From a virus (taxonomy: Duplodnaviria; Caudoviricetes), in the IMG/VR virus record IMGVR_UViG_3300032272_000018, positions 1 to 53,911 of that record: 53,911 bases of DNA; one strand, 5' to 3'. Shown piece after piece: positions 25,993-36,412 of the stretch. How positions within the stretch are numbered: position 1 is the stretch's first letter; the number at the start of each line of letters is the position of its first letter. A program made the translations under genes and the position numbers. Under the pieces are notes generated by a model that was not told where the DNA came from, made no database searches, and saw nothing but the letters and a program-made list of their open reading frames with translations.

Positions 25993-26994
25993 ATGGAAGA
26001 CGCTAAAGCAAGTACAGATATATCAATATGCATCGGCTCAGCCCTTGGATCGGAGGACTTTTCATCGCTCTTTGAAAAAACTCTTGATGAATATATTCGG
26101 CGGGGAACGTTCGTCATTGCGATATCCCCTGATGGGCTTCTTGGCAACAGGGGTGATGCTATTGATTTCTCTGATTACCGGGAGCATGGATGCTGCGAGC
26201 GTGATAAGGACTGTCAACTGGTTGAAAAGAAAGAAGCCGTAAAGCAGACCTGCGCCGACTGTGTCAATCAAGATGAGGATCTAACCACTGTTGCCGGATC
26301 AGGTATTACGCTATGCTCTGATCGACAAATACATGTCCCCTTGACCTCGCCAGCTTGCGATTGGTTTGTTCAGGTATCTAAGGACGAGAATGAACCAGAG
26401 CCAAACGAAACCCTTCAGGAAAAAACAAAAACCATCGCTGAAACAATATCTGATCTGTATTACCAAATCGCCAGCCTCGATTCTCAGAAGGAAGCCCTGA
26501 AGTCAGCCAATGAAGAATTACTGGGGCTATCCAATAATTGCCCTGATTGTGAAGAGTATTGCGAAATCGCCGACGCTGTTGAAGAGGAGAACATGATCCT
26601 GCGTGATCATAACGCTTCTCTTGTCAAGTCCAAGAAGCGAATGTCGGGCGAAATACAGGCCCACTGTTTGGCATCAGAGAGAGAAAGCGAGATAATCGCC
26701 AATCTGCAAAGAAGGCTTCAGGCTGAAGTAAAAGAGAACGAGATTCTTGCAAATTCACTCAGTGCCGCCGAGACCGCTCTGGGTATACACGAAGATACCA
26801 TTGATCAGCTTACCAAGAAGAACGCTACCCTGCTTCGAGACTACAAATTTGAAAGCAAACAGGCGCGCGACATGCACAACCAGCTGCGCCGTGCCGAAGA
26901 AGAGTACATGAAACTTGCTGATGCGCAGAGCCTGTCGCCTGCTTGGCAAGAGGCGATAAAGAGTCTTTATGGGAAAGCGATCAAAGGAAATTGA
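25993..26994 (+). CDS. Hypothetical Cys-rich / coiled-coil protein (moron-like)
   Basis: GGAG RBS; CADC and CPDC motifs, long heptad C-terminus. Confidence 0.7.
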   Translation: MEDAKASTDISICIGSALGSEDFSSLFEKTLDEYIRRGTFVIAISPDGLLGNRGDAIDFSDYREHGCCERDKDCQLVEKKEAVKQTCADCVNQDEDLTTVAGSGITLCSDRQIHVPLTSPACDWFVQVSKDENEPEPNETLQEKTKTIAETISDLYYQIASLDSQKEALKSANEELLGLSNNCPDCEEYCEIADAVEEENMILRDHNASLVKSKKRMSGEIQAHCLASERESEIIANLQRRLQAEVKENEILANSLSAAETALGIHEDTIDQLTKKNATLLRDYKFESKQARDMHNQLRRAEEEYMKLADAQSLSPAWQEAIKSLYGKAIKGN

Positions 26995-26995
26995 A

Positions 26996-29900
26996 ATGCA
27001 ATACGATATATTAGAGAACGAGGAAGAACCTCGTCCTCTGGAGTCAACCGCCCCGACCCAGCGCCCGGATCAGGAGAGTATCCCTGATCCGGGCGCTCCT
27101 GTGTCCGCTCCTGTACCAGTTCAACAGCAGGATGACCCGCAGCCAGAACCACAATACTCAATCCTGACTGGAAGGGACTGGAACCTCCCTGAACCGCTGG
27201 AGAGAGGGTTCACCGGTGATCTTCTCACTGCTGCCGGCAGGGGCGTAGGCAGGGCCATAGAAGCCACCGGAGCCGGGGCGGAGACTATGGGCGCGGGGAC
27301 CACCGGCAGTTTCTGGAAAAGAAAGGGCCGGGAGATGGCCGAGAGTGAACTACTCAGGCCTGACGACACCACAGCATCAGGAGGGGACGGTGCTGTAAAG
27401 AGAACTTTTCTGTCTGCGGTTGAGAGTTTGCCCACGTCCCTTGTCCCGCTCGCTACTGGAGCACTCGGTGCAGCGGCTGGATCATTAGCTGGGCCGGGTG
27501 GAGCGATATACGGGGCTTACGCGGGTGGGGCAGCTGGCCTCGGGACAACAGTCGCGGCTGGAACGTATGGGCTTGAGAAGGAAAGGTTTTTAAAGGAAGC
27601 TGCTGATCCTAAATTATCAAAAGAACAGAATGAGCAAAACGCCCACGACTTCGCACTGAGCCAAGCACTGTGGGAAACAATCCCCGAAGCAGCTTCTGAC
27701 CTTGTTGCAGCCGGAACTTTCGGGGCATCAAAGCTGCTCATGTCCGGACTTGGTGTTACCGGGACCAAGGTTACCTTGAAAGGATTGTTGTCTCAAGGTC
27801 CGAAGGCTTTTGCTCAACAGTTCGGCAAGGCGTATCTGAAGTCTATGCCGGTGGAAGCCCTGTCAGAGATGGTGACATACTGGGGGCAGGCCACCGGCGA
27901 CAAGGAAGCTGGGCTTGGAGACGGTCCAATCGCTCAGGGATTTATTGATGCGGCAGCCACATCTGTCTGGATGACGGCCATGATGGGCGGCAGCATGGCT
28001 ACTTACTCCCAGCGGGCCAAGAATCGCATAGCCAAGGCCATCCAAAGTGACAATCCAGTCATGCGCAGACAGGCCGCAGACAGGGTGCAGGAGGGGATCG
28101 CCAAGGAGTACGGGGAAGAAAGGGCGCAGGAATGGCGCAATGCCGCAGAGGAGACATTTGCTGCTGGAGGGGCTATTGACATGACCTCCCCTATATTTCA
28201 AGCCGCTCAGGAAGACACGGCTGTTAGAGGTGCCAGAGAGAGGTCCGACGCAGCGAAAGGAGTTATGGCTAGGGCGTTGAGTTCTGTTGGTGAATCTGTA
28301 GAAGTCGGGAACGATACTCTAACTCCTGAGCAGATAAGAAAGATGGATCAGGAGAATACAATATCAGGGAAGATAGCTGCTGGTATCCCTCTCACGGAAG
28401 AAGAGGAGTATAGCAGGTACAACCCAGATGCCCCCTCCGTAACGCCTGCCGCCAACACGACGATAGCGACACCGGAAGCCGTTACTGGCATTGCCTCTCC
28501 ATCGTCCACCGGCAAATTAGAAAAGGAAGTTTCCCAGGCCCTGCCTATCATGATGAGGGATCTATCCTCGGCTGAAGCTGGGCGCAGGTTGCAGGCTCCA
28601 GATCCAAGCGCAGCCCCATACTCTGCGGACGCTGGAGCAACTATCCGACAGCCTTCCTCGTTCCCCGCATGGGTTACAAAAGACAAGGTAATCTCGAAGG
28701 CAGGGAAGGCCAATATTGAAAAAATTATCGCAAGGGCCATAGCCGGAGAAGAGGATAGATTCACCCTTCGACAGACCGAACTTTGGGAAAAAATTAAGTC
28801 AGCAGCGAAGGAAGAATACAATACAAACCCTGAGATCATGGCCGGGCAAGAGGCTGATAAGCTTTCCGCCGAAGGGTTCGATCTTGGAGCTACCGAGGAC
28901 ATTTCTGTCGGCAGCTTAAATCCTGGCGATGAGGTGGTTGTTACTGATTCCGCTGGGATTCCTGACAAACTGGTTCACAAGGGTTTTGATGATGACGGAA
29001 ACGCTATCCTGAAAGATGGCGTGACTATGACTGTTGATCCTTTTGAACAGATTTCTATAATCGGAAAGAAGATAGGACCGGAAGGTGATGCTGTCTCCCA
29101 GCGCATGGTTGACCTTGTGACCAGCGTGAACTCTGAGACATCTCCGGCAATAATCAGGAGGTTGATAAAAGACTCCCCTAAGATGCTTGCTGTTGACAAA
29201 GCACTGGCCCCTTATGCCGACATGGTTAAAGGATCTCTTGAGCGGAGGTTGGCAGAGCTTGAGCCTGATAATGGGAAGATTGTCGAAAAAAAGAAGAAGG
29301 AGGATGTTACCGAGGCTGCGAAAAAAGATAAACTCAGCGAACGCGCGAAGAAGCGCAAGAAAGAAAAAGAATCAGCTCAAGTAAAAGAGAAGTCCAAGAA
29401 AAAGTCTATCCGCCCCGAACAGAAAGAATTTGAAGGTTCAGGAGCGGGAGTATCCGAGGAAGCGAGGGATGGCGTAGCGAATGGTGATAAACTTGATCTG
29501 CTTCACGATCCGCAGCCTGATTCTGGTGAAAAACCTAAAATTAATGTTTATCCGGTTAGAGGCAATAGCAATGCTCCTGCAAAAATAGTGCGCGAATGGC
29601 TGTCTGTTTTTGAGTCAGATTTGAAGGCACCGGTCAATGTGAAAGTGCTGACCAAGCAAGAACTGATCGACAATATAGATAATCCGTCAGTTGTCCCTGG
29701 AGAGTTGAGCTCGGAGATCAAGAAGAATGAAAAAATATTAGCAGGAAATATACAGGGTTTCAGGTGGCGCGGAGCCGGGCAACATATAATAGTTTCCGGT
29801 GCTGTAACTGACGGGTCGTTGTCGTCGCTGAAGAATTTGTCAACATTGTCTCACGAGGTCGGGCATGTTATAAAAACTGAATTTTTTGATAACGCCCCTG

Positions 29901-32704
29901 CCAATGTAAAGGATAAAATCCTTGCGGCGCACGCTGCCTGGGTTAAGGAAAATGAACAGGATATTTCATCCGGTAAACTGAACCGCAGTAAAAGGCTACC
30001 AATTGGACAGGCTATTTTCGGAAAAAAGGTTGGGGCATTCGATATTGGAGAGAAGACTCCAACCGGGGGGTCGCTGGTAGAATATCTCCTCTCTTTTGAT
30101 GAGTGGTTTGCCAATGAAACAGCGAAAGCCCTTACCTCCAGGGAGACTCCTATTGGAACAGTAGAAAAGTTTTTTGCTGATTTAGCAGCTATGATGCGTA
30201 AGCTGGCGAAAAAAATAGCAGGCACATCGTTCATGCCAGACGCAGCGGTGGCGAACTTTGTTCTTGGTGGGGATATGATCCTTGATGATAAGGTTGCCGC
30301 TGCCGAAGGTAACAAGCCTGCCAATACTGATTCCATCAACCTGCTCTACGATCCCCAGGAACCAATGAGTCCACGAGTAAAGTCCATGCTCAAAGAGGCA
30401 AAGGCGGGGCCGAGCGAAGAGAAGTATGTCAGGAGGTTTGAGGGTAAAAGCAACGAAACCTCAGCTAGGTACGCAGCAAGACAGACAAAGGCAATGATCC
30501 GTGATGCCGGGAATACTGTTGACAAATTCCTCGGAGCTATCTCGTCAAGACTAAGAAAGTGGAGTCCTGAGACAGAGAAGGCGTTGCGCCGCATGGAGAT
30601 TGATATTCTGCAAGACACCCGCGACTATACAGCCGCAGTGGAGCCGCTGATGGAATCCGCTAAAGTGAAAATGACACCGAGGGATTACTCTGATTGGGGA
30701 CTTGCAAGACACGATTCCGACAAAAAGAAAATAGATTATCTGGTTAAAAAATACAATCTCGAATCTGAATATAAAGCTGCCAGGAAAGTTATCGAGAGGA
30801 TGTGGCAATTGCTAACCGATGCCGGATTCGACGTAGGGAAGGTTGAGGAGTATTGGCCGAGGGTTGTCAAGGACACACAGGGCTTGCTGCGCCACATGGA
30901 GCGAGGAGATATGCGCCCTGTATTTTCTGACGCGCTGAGGGCCAAGGCGAAGCAGATGGGGATAAAGGTGTCCGCCCTTACAGACGAGGACAGGGCTAAG
31001 GTAGCCTCGTCTGTTGTTCTTGGGCGGAGTTACGGGATGAGCGGCCCAGGTTCATCAAAGGAAAGGGTTTTTGAGTCGATCCCTGAAGAGCTTGTACAAT
31101 ACTATTTTGACCCTGACGCTGCCATGATCGCCCACATCAGATCGGTTGTTGAAACCGCTGCCTATAGAAAATTCTTTGGGAGAACCGGCGAGAAGATGGC
31201 TGCGGTGCGAAAACGACTAGACAAGGCAGAGGAGAAACTCACCGGTAAGGGTATCTCCGCCGAGGACAAGATCGAGCTGGAGGATGCTGCTGCCGAGCTG
31301 AGGCAAATCCTTGCAAGGAATGAGCAGGGAGACTTCACGCAGCCAATCGGAATGCTTGTTGCAGAGCTGGAAGCGCAGGGGCTTGCCCCTGAAGGGCAGA
31401 AAGAGATTAGGGACACACTGATGGCGCGGTTTCACGAGCGAGGGACTTCTGGTGCAATACGAGCTTACAAGAACGTTTCTCTGATGAACACAATGGGGTC
31501 AGTCGCTTCAGCCATTACGCAGGTTGGTGACTTTGCCTCGCCCATGTACAACGCCGGGCTTTTCGAGACAGGCCGGGCATTAAGGAAGGCGATAACTGGC
31601 AAGCAGCGTATATCAGCCAAGGAGCTTGGTCTTGACGATATCGCCGAAGAATTTACAGATGCGGGCAAAATCGGAGCTGCGGTAAACAAGATCTTTAAAT
31701 TGACCGGCCTAAGCTATATGAACCGTATAGCCCGTGATACTTTCCTGAATTCAGCGTTTGAGCAGTTCAAAAAGGAGGCCATTGTTGACCCTGCCAAGTT
31801 GAAAGCGAAAATAAAGCCGATGTTTCTGTATGAAACTGATTCTGTTGTGCAAGACCTGTTGAATGATGATGTGACCGACAATGTGCGTCTTCTTGTAATC
31901 GACCGGTTGCTTGACTTCCAGCCTGTTACAAAATCAGAGATGCCAGAAAAATACCTCACTGCTGGGAATGGCAGGCTTTTCTACTCGCTAAAATCCTATA
32001 CAATCAAGCAGTTCGACATCTACCGCAGGGAGATAGTCACCGGGCTAAAGAGCGATTCCAAGCAGGAGCGTATTGACGCTCTTAAAAATATGACACGTCT
32101 GGGAATGTTCCTTGTCTTGGCAAACGCATCTGCTGACGAGCTGAAAGACTTTCTTCTTGGAAGGGAATCAACCCTGCAAGACAGAGTTGTGGATAATATC
32201 CTTCGTCTCGGTGGCATTTCAAGATTCGTCACTTGGCAGGCCCGCCGCGAGGGGGTTGGTTCCGCTGCTGCTAAACAGATATTGCCCCCATTTAAGCTAC
32301 TTGATGCCCTGACAAAGGATATATATTCCTTCGGCGATGACAGTGGTTTTAAGTCGCTCGATTCTGTACCATTGGTTGGTAAGCTTGCCTATTGGCGGCT
32401 CGGTCAAGGAGCAGAAAAGAAGCATGATATCTGGGATATTCGATATGACAAAGAGAAACAGCGGATCAATAAATTCAATGACCGCCTGGAGAAGGCACAG
32501 AATAAAAAGGAATTCATTGCTGAAAACAGAGATGATTTTATTCTGAGTCGCCGGATAGAGAAGTTCCAGGGCCGGTTGAACAGGAATAAGCGGCTAATCA
32601 ACAAACTTGAATCACTGGAGCCGAGCAAGAAAGTTCACGCCAGGATTGACTTGTTAAAGGATCGCCGATCAGAAATGACCAGGAACTTTCTTGATAAAAT
32701 ATGA
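26996..32704 (+). CDS. Giant internal virion (ejection) protein, polyvalent type, with a zincin-like HExxH domain
   Basis: ~1900 aa; Gly/Ala-rich hydrophobic N-region; SHEVGH at 29849-29866 and downstream EWFANE; start re-called at MQYDILE. Confidence 0.75.
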   Translation: MQYDILENEEEPRPLESTAPTQRPDQESIPDPGAPVSAPVPVQQQDDPQPEPQYSILTGRDWNLPEPLERGFTGDLLTAAGRGVGRAIEATGAGAETMGAGTTGSFWKRKGREMAESELLRPDDTTASGGDGAVKRTFLSAVESLPTSLVPLATGALGAAAGSLAGPGGAIYGAYAGGAAGLGTTVAAGTYGLEKERFLKEAADPKLSKEQNEQNAHDFALSQALWETIPEAASDLVAAGTFGASKLLMSGLGVTGTKVTLKGLLSQGPKAFAQQFGKAYLKSMPVEALSEMVTYWGQATGDKEAGLGDGPIAQGFIDAAATSVWMTAMMGGSMATYSQRAKNRIAKAIQSDNPVMRRQAADRVQEGIAKEYGEERAQEWRNAAEETFAAGGAIDMTSPIFQAAQEDTAVRGARERSDAAKGVMARALSSVGESVEVGNDTLTPEQIRKMDQENTISGKIAAGIPLTEEEEYSRYNPDAPSVTPAANTTIATPEAVTGIASPSSTGKLEKEVSQALPIMMRDLSSAEAGRRLQAPDPSAAPYSADAGATIRQPSSFPAWVTKDKVISKAGKANIEKIIARAIAGEEDRFTLRQTELWEKIKSAAKEEYNTNPEIMAGQEADKLSAEGFDLGATEDISVGSLNPGDEVVVTDSAGIPDKLVHKGFDDDGNAILKDGVTMTVDPFEQISIIGKKIGPEGDAVSQRMVDLVTSVNSETSPAIIRRLIKDSPKMLAVDKALAPYADMVKGSLERRLAELEPDNGKIVEKKKKEDVTEAAKKDKLSERAKKRKKEKESAQVKEKSKKKSIRPEQKEFEGSGAGVSEEARDGVANGDKLDLLHDPQPDSGEKPKINVYPVRGNSNAPAKIVREWLSVFESDLKAPVNVKVLTKQELIDNIDNPSVVPGELSSEIKKNEKILAGNIQGFRWRGAGQHIIVSGAVTDGSLSSLKNLSTLSHEVGHVIKTEFFDNAPANVKDKILAAHAAWVKENEQDISSGKLNRSKRLPIGQAIFGKKVGAFDIGEKTPTGGSLVEYLLSFDEWFANETAKALTSRETPIGTVEKFFADLAAMMRKLAKKIAGTSFMPDAAVANFVLGGDMILDDKVAAAEGNKPANTDSINLLYDPQEPMSPRVKSMLKEAKAGPSEEKYVRRFEGKSNETSARYAARQTKAMIRDAGNTVDKFLGAISSRLRKWSPETEKALRRMEIDILQDTRDYTAAVEPLMESAKVKMTPRDYSDWGLARHDSDKKKIDYLVKKYNLESEYKAARKVIERMWQLLTDAGFDVGKVEEYWPRVVKDTQGLLRHMERGDMRPVFSDALRAKAKQMGIKVSALTDEDRAKVASSVVLGRSYGMSGPGSSKERVFESIPEELVQYYFDPDAAMIAHIRSVVETAAYRKFFGRTGEKMAAVRKRLDKAEEKLTGKGISAEDKIELEDAAAELRQILARNEQGDFTQPIGMLVAELEAQGLAPEGQKEIRDTLMARFHERGTSGAIRAYKNVSLMNTMGSVASAITQVGDFASPMYNAGLFETGRALRKAITGKQRISAKELGLDDIAEEFTDAGKIGAAVNKIFKLTGLSYMNRIARDTFLNSAFEQFKKEAIVDPAKLKAKIKPMFLYETDSVVQDLLNDDVTDNVRLLVIDRLLDFQPVTKSEMPEKYLTAGNGRLFYSLKSYTIKQFDIYRREIVTGLKSDSKQERIDALKNMTRLGMFLVLANASADELKDFLLGRESTLQDRVVDNILRLGGISRFVTWQARREGVGSAAAKQILPPFKLLDALTKDIYSFGDDSGFKSLDSVPLVGKLAYWRLGQGAEKKHDIWDIRYDKEKQRINKFNDRLEKAQNKKEFIAENRDDFILSRRIEKFQGRLNRNKRLINKLESLEPSKKVHARIDLLKDRRSEMTRNFLDKI

Positions 32705-32733
32705 TTGGTAATTTATTACAAAAATGTTATAAT
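32705..32733 (+). promoter_or_regulatory. Putative sigma70 promoter
   Basis: TTGGTA-17bp-TATAAT with a TG extension in an AT-rich gap. Confidence 0.5.
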
Positions 32734-32764
32734 TTTTATTATATAATAACTCAATGAGATAATA

Positions 32765-33208
32765 ATGTCATATTTCTGCATTTCCCCCGACATCACCGCC
32801 GCTCCTGCGCTATTTATGGAGGCGCAGCAGAGAACCGCACTCCTTCAGGGGAACCCGGAGACTCCGTATTTTGCAATCGGAGGGTCAGGTTATTCTATGA
32901 CACAGAACAAAACTGTTCCAATGACATGGAGGTTCTGGACATCCCCTACAAACAGGGTTGTAGCCCCGCAGACATGGACATATCTCAGAGTTGAATTTGC
33001 TGACGATTTGGATTTTAATACTTCGGTAATTGCTACCCACGACTTTCCTGTTATTTATCCTGGGACATCGGAGGAATATTTTGGAGGGACATTTCCGTTG
33101 TCTGAGCTGAACAAGCTAACTGCCGGGAACTGGTACGTGGCGAAGTTGTCCAATTCTGATAACGAAGAGATCGCTCTTTGCCCGTTCTATGTAATTGGTG
33201 GTGTCTGA
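32765..33208 (+). CDS. Hypothetical protein
   Basis: 147-aa ORF at the head of the fibre cluster. Confidence 0.6.
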   Translation: MSYFCISPDITAAPALFMEAQQRTALLQGNPETPYFAIGGSGYSMTQNKTVPMTWRFWTSPTNRVVAPQTWTYLRVEFADDLDFNTSVIATHDFPVIYPGTSEEYFGGTFPLSELNKLTAGNWYVAKLSNSDNEEIALCPFYVIGGV

Positions 33209-33570
33209 TGGATGTATCTATTGGAGATATAGACGTTGCTATTGCCGAGATTGGCAGGGCTGGTCCTGCTGGTGAGCAAGGTGCCCCTGGGGTTGGCGGA
33301 GCGTCAAGGACAACACTGCTCAGTATCACGCAGCAATCACCGTCAGGTACTGTGTTTTTTGTCAACTCCGGCGGTGCGCATTATATATTTTCAGGTGAAG
33401 CTGGGAACTTAGGAGCTTCGGCACTGGATTATTTGAGCAACGAGGCTGTTCAAATTTACCTTCGCGGCGGAAAATTATTAAAAGAAGAACATGCAGTATG
33501 GGTGACTGAATATTCATTCATCCTTTATCTGTCGATGGACATCGGCGATTATCTTGAAATTCTTTCATAA
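33208..33570 (+). CDS. Tail-fibre-associated protein with a short collagen-like stretch
   Basis: TGATG-coupled start MDVSIG; GRAGPAGEQGAPG. Confidence 0.55.
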   Translation: MDVSIGDIDVAIAEIGRAGPAGEQGAPGVGGASRTTLLSITQQSPSGTVFFVNSGGAHYIFSGEAGNLGASALDYLSNEAVQIYLRGGKLLKEEHAVWVTEYSFILYLSMDIGDYLEILS

Positions 33571-33582
33571 GGAGAGAGACAA

Positions 33583-34458
33583 ATGGGTTGGTTACACAAT
33601 GTTCGACATATCGGATTTCCTGCATCACTGAGTGCTGGGTACGATACGGTATTGGAGTGGTTCCAAGGGCGTGATGTTTATCTTATGCCCTGGAACGAGG
33701 CTGATTTAACAGCAGCTGCGCAACATATCTTGATTGATGCGACAAATTTTTCCGGAACTATCGCCCTTGGAACAACGTCCACCGAAAACGGCGGATGGAA
33801 TGCGGCTGCACTTGCCGGGGCTGTCGGCACGGCGGCAACAACAACCATTGCAGACAGTGACGGGCATGTCACGAACTTAGTAGAAGTCAGAGACGCTGCC
33901 AGTCATCATCCTATCCTTGATTCTTCTGGACGGAAGGTTCTTGGACTGCTCCAGGCTGCAAGCACGGTTACGGACGGAGACGCTGTAGGCGCGGCGGCAT
34001 CAGAAAACTTGCAGGTTTCATTTGTCATCATTGCTGCTGACGGAACGGTAACCCTCACCTCTGTCACAGCAACGGTGGAAATCGCTCTGCCAAAGTTGTA
34101 CAAGCGGATGAACTGGGCAAGTTACCGAAAAGCTGGGATGACCCCTATTTCCGATATTATCTCCGCAGCTTCCCTTTCGGTTCGCAAATTTGTAGTCACC
34201 ACCGCTTTTGCAGCCGATGAGGTGATTACTTTATCAACAGGGGCTGGCAGTGTTGCCGGGGTGTCTACTCCATCTGGCGATACAATATCAAGTATCGGCG
34301 TTGACGCTGCAACGTTTGTTGCAACCAATACAACCAGGGTCAGGATCTACGGTGCTCAATTGACAAAAACAACCGCCATGTGGGGGTCGGCAACTTCGCT
34401 CCAAACCCCTGTTGCCTTGGATGTTGGCGACGTATTTGAAGTTGAAATTTCAGGCTGA
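33583..34458 (+). CDS. Virion fibre/decoration-like protein
   Basis: 291 aa rich in Ala/Thr/Val; AAGGAG RBS; its C-terminus resembles that of 33208..33570 (Q..LRG.KL...W...L.MD.GD.LEI versus IYGAQL...W...LDVGDVFEV). Confidence 0.55.
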   Translation: MGWLHNVRHIGFPASLSAGYDTVLEWFQGRDVYLMPWNEADLTAAAQHILIDATNFSGTIALGTTSTENGGWNAAALAGAVGTAATTTIADSDGHVTNLVEVRDAASHHPILDSSGRKVLGLLQAASTVTDGDAVGAAASENLQVSFVIIAADGTVTLTSVTATVEIALPKLYKRMNWASYRKAGMTPISDIISAASLSVRKFVVTTAFAADEVITLSTGAGSVAGVSTPSGDTISSIGVDAATFVATNTTRVRIYGAQLTKTTAMWGSATSLQTPVALDVGDVFEVEISG

Positions 34459-34463
34459 TCATA

Positions 34464-35969
34464 ATGGCGAACTGGATATATAACCTGCTGCACGGGAAAC
34501 TTCCTGGCAAAGGCTTCCTGGGCCGGAGCTCCACAGACTCCGGCCCAGGGGAGCTGCTTGATCCGGCTGCTGCCCGTTCCCTGCTTGGAAGCTCAGGCAG
34601 GGACTTTGCAACCATTGCTGCGGCTGAGGCGGCAACCTACACCGAGCCTGAGCATTGTGCTGTGAAGGAGACCGGAAAGGCATATATTTACGACGCTGCC
34701 AGTACCGCAACGGTTGATCACGATTACGTGCTGTCGGTTGGTGATGCTGTAGGCAGGCTGATAGCTTTCACGTTAGGCTATGCCCGAGTAGGGCAAAGTG
34801 ACTGGGCAACGACATCTTCAGCATTTGGACAACCGTATAATAGAATTAATGAATTAATGGACTGGCTCTTTAGGGCTACTGACAGATTTACTGTAACCTC
34901 TGCTAACGTTGCAAATGTACCGTCGTTATTCGATGGTAGTTTTGATACAAATTATACTTGCCTGGTGACAGCCGGAACTACAGGATCAATCGAAATTGAT
35001 TTAAGAACAGGCGCAGGCTATAACTCAGGATATGGTGTTCTTTATGCCGAAGGGTATGTACTTGTAAGTTTTTATCATACACACATTGCATATGATGATG
35101 TAAGAGCATACACAACTGTTAATTATAATGGTACTCCATTTAGGTATGAATTGACTTCGGTTGAGGATGTATCTATTAATTCTTCGTACAGAGTTTTAAA
35201 GTTCCGTTCCCCCGGTAATGTTTACATGGGAAAAATAGAGGTAGAGGTTGATGCGTCCTCAACTGGGTTGTGTGCCCTAGCAGCTATCAACTTTGTGTCT
35301 ACTAGACAAGTTACAACACCTCTCCCTTATGTAAGTTCTTACCTACCATATAGTTGGATTTATGGATCACTAAATATTAATAATAATATTTTATTAGATA
35401 GAAATGGGGGCGCAACATTCGGCGGAAAAGTAAATACAGATAATACTACTGAAGCCACAACCGCAACAGATGGAAGCTTGCAAACGGATGGCGGTTTAAG
35501 TGTAGTTAAAAACGCAGTTATTGGGTCCAACTTGTCTGTCGGTAGCGGCAGTGCCCCAACAGCCAGAATCCACGCCAAAGCCGCAACCGCCGATTCTTCT
35601 ACATTCATTGCAAAAAAAGAAGACAGCGCCGGAAAACTGCTCCAGTCACTCCGGGCGGACGGACGCTATTTCCACGACGGAGCCATCGCCCGACCTGCCC
35701 TGACGATCACTACTGACACAACACTTACGGTAGCGACACGGGCCTTCCTGCTATTAAATTTTGCCGCTGCTGGTGGCGTGGTTACGCTGCCAGCCTCCCC
35801 GGAAGACGGTCAGGAGTTTCACCCGGAAAATATAGGGGCTTTCGCGGTCACGCTTGCCCGCAATGGAAAATTGATAAATGGGGCCGCGAGCAATGTTTCT
35901 ATTGGTTCGCAGTCGAACGGATATTACAAATACGACACTGCCAGCGGGAGTTGGTGGTCCTTTGACTAA
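34464..35969 (+). CDS. Tail fibre / receptor-binding protein
   Basis: LGR...SGPGE.L start, lectin-like central domain (SLFDG.FDT), T.AT..TDGSLQTDGGL.V.KN repeat, C-terminal VTLPASP.DG module. Confidence 0.72.
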   Translation: MANWIYNLLHGKLPGKGFLGRSSTDSGPGELLDPAAARSLLGSSGRDFATIAAAEAATYTEPEHCAVKETGKAYIYDAASTATVDHDYVLSVGDAVGRLIAFTLGYARVGQSDWATTSSAFGQPYNRINELMDWLFRATDRFTVTSANVANVPSLFDGSFDTNYTCLVTAGTTGSIEIDLRTGAGYNSGYGVLYAEGYVLVSFYHTHIAYDDVRAYTTVNYNGTPFRYELTSVEDVSINSSYRVLKFRSPGNVYMGKIEVEVDASSTGLCALAAINFVSTRQVTTPLPYVSSYLPYSWIYGSLNINNNILLDRNGGATFGGKVNTDNTTEATTATDGSLQTDGGLSVVKNAVIGSNLSVGSGSAPTARIHAKAATADSSTFIAKKEDSAGKLLQSLRADGRYFHDGAIARPALTITTDTTLTVATRAFLLLNFAAAGGVVTLPASPEDGQEFHPENIGAFAVTLARNGKLINGAASNVSIGSQSNGYYKYDTASGSWWSFD

Positions 35970-35982
35970 AAGGTATATTATT

Positions 35983-36411
35983 ATGGGTTGGAATCAAGCA
36001 AGCGGGAGGCTGAAGGATTGGCCGGAAGCAGCCACAGCATCTCTGTACCGGACAATATTGTCGGTTATTCCAAAAAAGGACTACCCGCTTGAACATGTAA
36101 TTAACGAGCAGACCGGGAATAAACTGTATACTGACGGCACCGATGCAGTTGAGCCGTACGACATGGAAAAAGATTTTATGATGCAGATTGTTAAATACTG
36201 CAAATGGGAGGTACAGGTAGGGGCATATTACACATACGAAGAAATGGAGGAGTTTATAAGCCAGGGAAAACCGCCTAGAGAGGTTGAGGTATTTAGTTTC
36301 TCGGAAAAAACGGACGGCATGTTCCATCTTGCCGGGCACCCGATAGAGGCTTTTTACAATCACCCGATGCTCATGGCATTGATCCCTGCTGATTGGATAG
36401 CGGACGTGTAG
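35983..36411 (+). CDS. Hypothetical protein (possible fibre chaperone)
   Basis: Start re-called at MGWNQAS with an AAGG RBS, directly after the fibre gene. Confidence 0.55.
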   Translation: MGWNQASGRLKDWPEAATASLYRTILSVIPKKDYPLEHVINEQTGNKLYTDGTDAVEPYDMEKDFMMQIVKYCKWEVQVGAYYTYEEMEEFISQGKPPREVEVFSFSEKTDGMFHLAGHPIEAFYNHPMLMALIPADWIADV

Positions 36412-36412
36412 C

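Noticed and set aside
7886-32628. Numerous antisense ORFs in the virion module
   Set aside because: Shadows of long plus-strand genes, with no independent signals.
34464-35969. Diversity-generating retroelement acting on the tail fibre
   Set aside because: No reverse transcriptase and no template/variable repeat pair were seen.
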